Of a DNA stretch of 52,863 bases, positions 51,446 through 52,863 are shown piece by piece. The notes under the pieces were generated by a model that had not been told where the DNA came from, searched no databases, and was given only the letters and a program-made list of their open reading frames with translations. The stretch is from the NCBI GenBank assembly GCA_031416315.1, contig JANOTL010000019.1, positions 1 through 52,863 of the forward strand. The letters run 5' to 3'. The position numbers were made by a program, and so were the translations under genes. This DNA comes from Pseudomonadota bacterium. Its GTDB lineage: Bacteria; Bdellovibrionota_B; Oligoflexia; Oligoflexales; CAIYRB01. How positions within the stretch are numbered: the stretch's first letter is position 1; every line of letters starts with the position of its first letter.

Positions 51446-52863
51446 CTACTTCGCCGCCGCGAGCCGCCCCACGCGGTCCACGAGCTCGGCCGGCGGCACG
51501 GGCTTCGCCCAATGCTCGGAGAAACCGAAGCTCAGCATGTGCCGTGCGTCGTCTTCGCTGGCGTACGCCGTGAGCGCCGCGACCGGCAATTCCGCCCCGC
51601 GCGTGCCGAGCGCCCTGACCTGGCGAAGGAGAGCGTAGCCGTCTTCCTCCGGCATGCCGATGTCGCACACGCATAGGTCGGGCCAGGCGTCGGCGTCTTC
51701 CCCGGCCCCGCGCAGATGCGTCACCGCCGCGCGGACCGAGGCAAAATCGACGACCTCGGCACCGGCGCGCCGCAGGATCTTGACGATCAGGCCGCGGGTG
51801 TCGGGCGAGTCGTCGACGACCATGATCCGCCGCCCGCCGAGCGCGTTCGGCGTCGCCGAAGGCGCCGGAATGCGCGCTTTCGCCGGCGCCTCGACTTTCG
51901 CCGGCGCCAAAGGGAGGACGACCGCGAAACGCGAGCCCTTGCCGCGACCGGAGCTCTCCGCGCGGAGCTCGCCGCCGTGCAGCTCGACCACGTGGCGGCA
52001 GATCGCGAGGCCCAAGCCGAGGCCGCCGTAGCTCCGCGTCGTCGAGGCGTTCTCCTGGCGAAAGCGCTCGAAGACGTGCGGAAGAAACTCGGGATCGATG
52101 CCGACGCCGTCGTCTTCCACGCTGATCTCGACGGCCGCGCCGCGCGTCGCGACGGCGACGTGGATGCGGCCTTCCGCCGGCGTGAATTTCAGGGCGTTGG
52201 AGAGGAGGTTCCAGAAGAGCTGCTGCAGCCTGGAGGCATCGCCGCGCACGACGGCGCGCTCGCCCAGGCTCGAAGTGACGGTCACCTTCTTGGTGCCCGC
52301 GCCCAGCTTGATCGTCGAGAGCGCCGCGACGACCACCGCGCCGACGTCCACGTCCTCGGCCTCAAGGGTGAGCTTGCCGGAGATGATGCGCGACACGTCG
52401 AGAAGGTCCTCGATCAGCTCGAGCTGCGCCTTCGCGTTGCGATGGACGACGTGCAGGGACTCGAGGCCGTCCTCCGAGACGACGGCGTCTTGAAGGAGGA
52501 TCTCCGTATGCCCGATGATCGCGCTCAACGGCGTCCGCAACTCGTGCGAGAGCGTCGCGAGGAACTCGTCCTTGAGCTTATTGACGCGGCTCGCCTCTTG
52601 ATAGAGGCGCTCGGCCTCCTCGCGCGCGGCCTGCGCCAGCTGTACGCTCGCTTCGAGCGCGATCTCGGCTTTGCGGGCGCGCAGGAGGGAACGGATCGTG
52701 GCGACGAGCTCGATCGGCTCGGCCGGGCTCACGAGGTACGCGTCGGCGCCTTCGTCCAGACCGAAGGCTCGACTCTCCGCCGACTTGTAAAAGGCGGACA
52801 AATGCAGCACGGGAATCTTCGCGGTCGCGGGATCGCTCTTCAAGCGCTGGCAGACCTCGAAGC
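51446..52863 (-). CDS. hybrid sensor histidine kinase/response regulator (REC-HisKA-HATPase-REC; 5' end outside window)
   Basis: LSHELRTPL, NLLSNALKFT, DDGVG, GGLGLGL, VVDDS, CDIGMP, KPV. Confidence 0.92.
   Translation of the reverse strand, partial: FEVCQRLKSDPATAKIPVLHLSAFYKSAESRAFGLDEGADAYLVSPAEPIELVATIRSLLRARKAEIALEASVQLAQAAREEAERLYQEASRVNKLKDEFLATLSHELRTPLSAIIGHTEILLQDAVVSEDGLESLHVVHRNAKAQLELIEDLLDVSRIISGKLTLEAEDVDVGAVVVAALSTIKLGAGTKKVTVTSSLGERAVVRGDASRLQQLFWNLLSNALKFTPAEGRIHVAVATRGAAVEISVEDDGVGIDPEFLPHVFERFRQENASTTRSYGGLGLGLAICRHVVELHGGELRAESSGRGKGSRFAVVLPLAPAKVEAPAKARIPAPSATPNALGGRRIMVVDDSPDTRGLIVKILRRAGAEVVDFASVRAAVTHLRGAGEDADAWPDLCVCDIGMPEEDGYALLRQVRALGTRGAELPVAALTAYASEDDARHMLSFGFSEHWAKPVPPAELVDRVGRLAAAK

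Overview
GC-rich bacterial chromosomal window, probably from a Bdellovibrionota/Myxococcota-like organism (inference from gene content only). It holds about 37 genes, and I saw no rRNA, tRNA, CRISPR array or transposase. Housekeeping blocks: sucB-lpdA-sucA, a tightly packed purD-tsaC-maf-metH-terC-TPR operon, apaG, an MltD-like transglycosylase, a TamB-like protein and ahpC-ahpD. Accessory material: (1) two convergent exported repeat proteins whose 3' ends share a 59-bp inverted repeat with identical 13-bp hairpins; (2) a non-canonical NRPS (C-A-C*-Asub-T, no TE) followed by two non-serine alpha/beta-hydrolases, opposite an internally deleted cupin/JmjC remnant; (3) a GH3 amido-synthetase and ABC permease divergent from a hydrolase and an enolase-superfamily enzyme; (4) a NorR-like GAF sigma54 activator divergent from ahpCD, with three dyad sites and a near-consensus -24/-12 promoter readable in the DNA. 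All family calls come from motif recognition by eye; no searches were run.
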